From positions 33,916,001 through 33,980,000 of the forward strand of contig CM052817.1 of the NCBI GenBank assembly GCA_028534125.1: a DNA stretch of 64,000 nt. Reading direction: 5' to 3'. The notes beneath the pieces were generated by a model. The model did not search any database and had not been told where the DNA came from. It worked only from the letters and a program-made list of their open reading frames with translations. Of the stretch, positions 62,030 to 64,000 are shown in pieces. Origin of the DNA: Lama glama (taxonomy: Eukaryota). Within the stretch, counting starts at the first letter, position 1. Each line of letters opens with the position of its first letter. The position numbers and the translations under genes were made by a program.

Positions 62030-63252
62030 AGGATTACTAATGCCAACTGATGCTTTTCTGCCCTTATCTTATTTGACCTTCCTAAGAGATAAGTGACACC
62101 TGAACACTCCCTGAAATCTCCTTGTGTCACAGCCCTCTCTGTTTTTGCCTTTCTGACCCTTGCTTATCTGAATTCTGGCCTTTGTGGGATCCTCTTTTTC
62201 TGCTTGTCCTTTAAATGTGTTTCCCTTAGTGCTGACATCAGCCCCTGTTTTTCCTGTGGGGTACACTCCATCTGGGGTGACCTCACCCAAACCCTTGGCT
62301 GCAGCCACCTCTCTATGGCCCGGCCCCATGCTGAGCTTCAGGTCCGCAGATCTGGCTGGTGAGAACCCGCCAGGCTCAACTCCACATCCCTCTCTTTCCA
62401 TTACAAACCTGCTTCCATGTCTTGCTGCAGGGAAGCAGGTGGCAGCTGACACCAGACATCTGTCCCTCTCTCCACTCACCTACCACAATACTGTCAGTGA
62501 TCACCATCTACTGGGTCTGCTAAGCGTCTCTCTCCTTCACCCTCCTCGCCATTCTCATCTCTGGGAACCTAATCCAGTTCACCATTCCTTCCGTGGTTCC
62601 CCACATTTAGCTCCTTACTATTTACTTCCTGCCTCAAGTTTTGGCTCCTTTCCATTCATCCTTCACTGAGCTTCCCCACTGTCTTTCCAAAATGGAAATC
62701 TTATCTCATCTGCCCCCGGAGTAAAGTCCTTTAGTGACTCTTCATAGCTTCATCCCTCCTCGGAGGGTGAAGTTCACGTTTCTTGGCACAAATGGTTCTT
62801 GTTTATCTCTGTGGTCTCAACTCTCCCCCTGACCCCCGACCCCCAGCCCGGATCCCACTTCCTCTAGCTGTGCCGCGTTACTTATGGTTCATGTGCCTCA
62901 CGAGGTTTCACGCCGCTAGCCCTTTGTATGTGTGCTTCCTACCCCTCCAACATTCTCCCCTGTTCCACCTTCCTCTCCTCCTGATGCCTCAGAATCTAAC
63001 TGCCACCTATTTCGGGGTGTCTCATGAGGCCACCATACAATATGATGTATATGTTCAAACATCACCTTGGACTTAGCTCTGTTACAGCACGTGTAACGAC
63101 TTAATCTTTGACCCCCTTACGTGCCTCTCTTCTTTCTCTGTACATGTCAGAGGACACTATGAGGACAGCATCTGGGTCTTGTCTAACTGCATTTCCAGCA
63201 CCTAACACAGCACATCTGGTACATGGAAGGTGTTCAATAAATACTGAATGAA
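62030..63252 (+). mobile_element. long decayed L2 LINE 3' fragment
   Basis: 'cttatcttatttgaccttc...gtgacacc...cactccctgaaa' and terminal 'ccagcacctaacacag...ggtacatggaaggtgttcaataaatactgaatgaa'. Confidence 0.75.
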
Positions 63253-63439
63253 AGCTGGAACTGAGAGCATACCATTATCTTCTTTCATCCTCACAAACTG
63301 GTAGGGTTATTGTTAGCATGGAGCCTACCAATGAGGATCATATATTCATTTCTCCCACTTGATGGACAGAAGACTTTCGAATGGTTACTAGAAAAACAAG
63401 GACCATTAAGTAGACAACTTGACAAGGCTTGTTTCCTTG

Positions 63440-63910
63440 ATATAGTCATTCCACGTCTAGGAAGCTATTCTAAATAATCAGAGACAGGGGAGTTTTATCC
63501 ACCAAGATCTTTACCACAAAGTAATTTATGATAGAAAAAAAAAGCTGGAAAAAATAGAGAAATGATTAAACATCCAGAATTATGGTACATACATATGACT
63601 GACTGAACATTATATTACCATTATATGTTATGTCCACAGGATTTTTAATGATCTGGGACAATGCTTATGTTATGATTAATGAAAAAGCTAGACAGACAAC
63701 TAGCAAATATCATAAAAATCTTAAATCATATAATGGAAAAAAATGCTTAGAATAAGCAGAGAAAAAAGATTTGAAGGAAATACTGAAGGGTTCAGTAATT
63801 AGATCTTGGAGATTTTTGTTTTGTTTTGTTCATTACAATTTTGGGTATTTTTCTAAATTTTTTACAATAAACATCTTTACTTTCACAATCAGAAATATAA
63901 AAATAATTCA
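63440..63910 (+). mobile_element. ancient L1ME-type 3' region
   Basis: 'cattccacgtctaggaagctattc', 'aattatggtacatacata', 'tactttcacaatcagaaa'. Confidence 0.6.
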
Positions 63911-64000
63911 AATTATAGATTTGGGCTGTGTGAGACTATAGTGAACATTTTTAACTCCCTTTGTGCAACATCATTCCTCCTTCTGGTGAGAGGACCTCAC

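Noticed and set aside
62069..62669. 136-aa and 161-aa ORFs
   Set aside because: They lie within decayed L2 sequence and retain no RT motifs in frame.
1..64000. Assignment of a host gene or chromosomal locus
   Set aside because: No exon was recognised. BLASTN of the unique islands would be needed, so no gene name is offered.

Overview
Mammalian, repeat-rich, non-coding genomic DNA (intergenic or deep intronic). It is very probably from a camelid, because it carries 7-8 copies of a short tRNA-derived SINE matching the camelid vic-1 type (GGGGAGG-TATAGCTCAGTGGTAGAG...GAGGTCCTGGGTTCAATCCCCAGTACCTCC plus an A-rich tail) and cetartiodactyl-type L1 3' ends. I found no credible protein-coding exon, processed pseudogene or functional RNA gene. 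The ORFs in the track are short chance ORFs, repeat translations or artefacts of a 500-N scaffold gap (20850-21349). A large part of the window is recognisable transposon debris: MIR, L2, CR1/L3, old L1M, MLT1, LTR33, LTR40, hAT MITEs and a MADE2 mariner MITE. Younger L1 and SINE insertions with readable target-site duplications are often nested inside these older elements. Several repeat-free islands carry clustered transcription-factor motifs and are candidate enhancers. I did not find a novel biological system. The best second-look items are a perfect 15-bp minisatellite, a closely spaced inverted SINE pair, L1 3'-end fragments sharing 5' breakpoints, and the motif-dense islands. Repeat family names come from remembered consensus sequences rather than a database search, and old-repeat boundaries are approximate.
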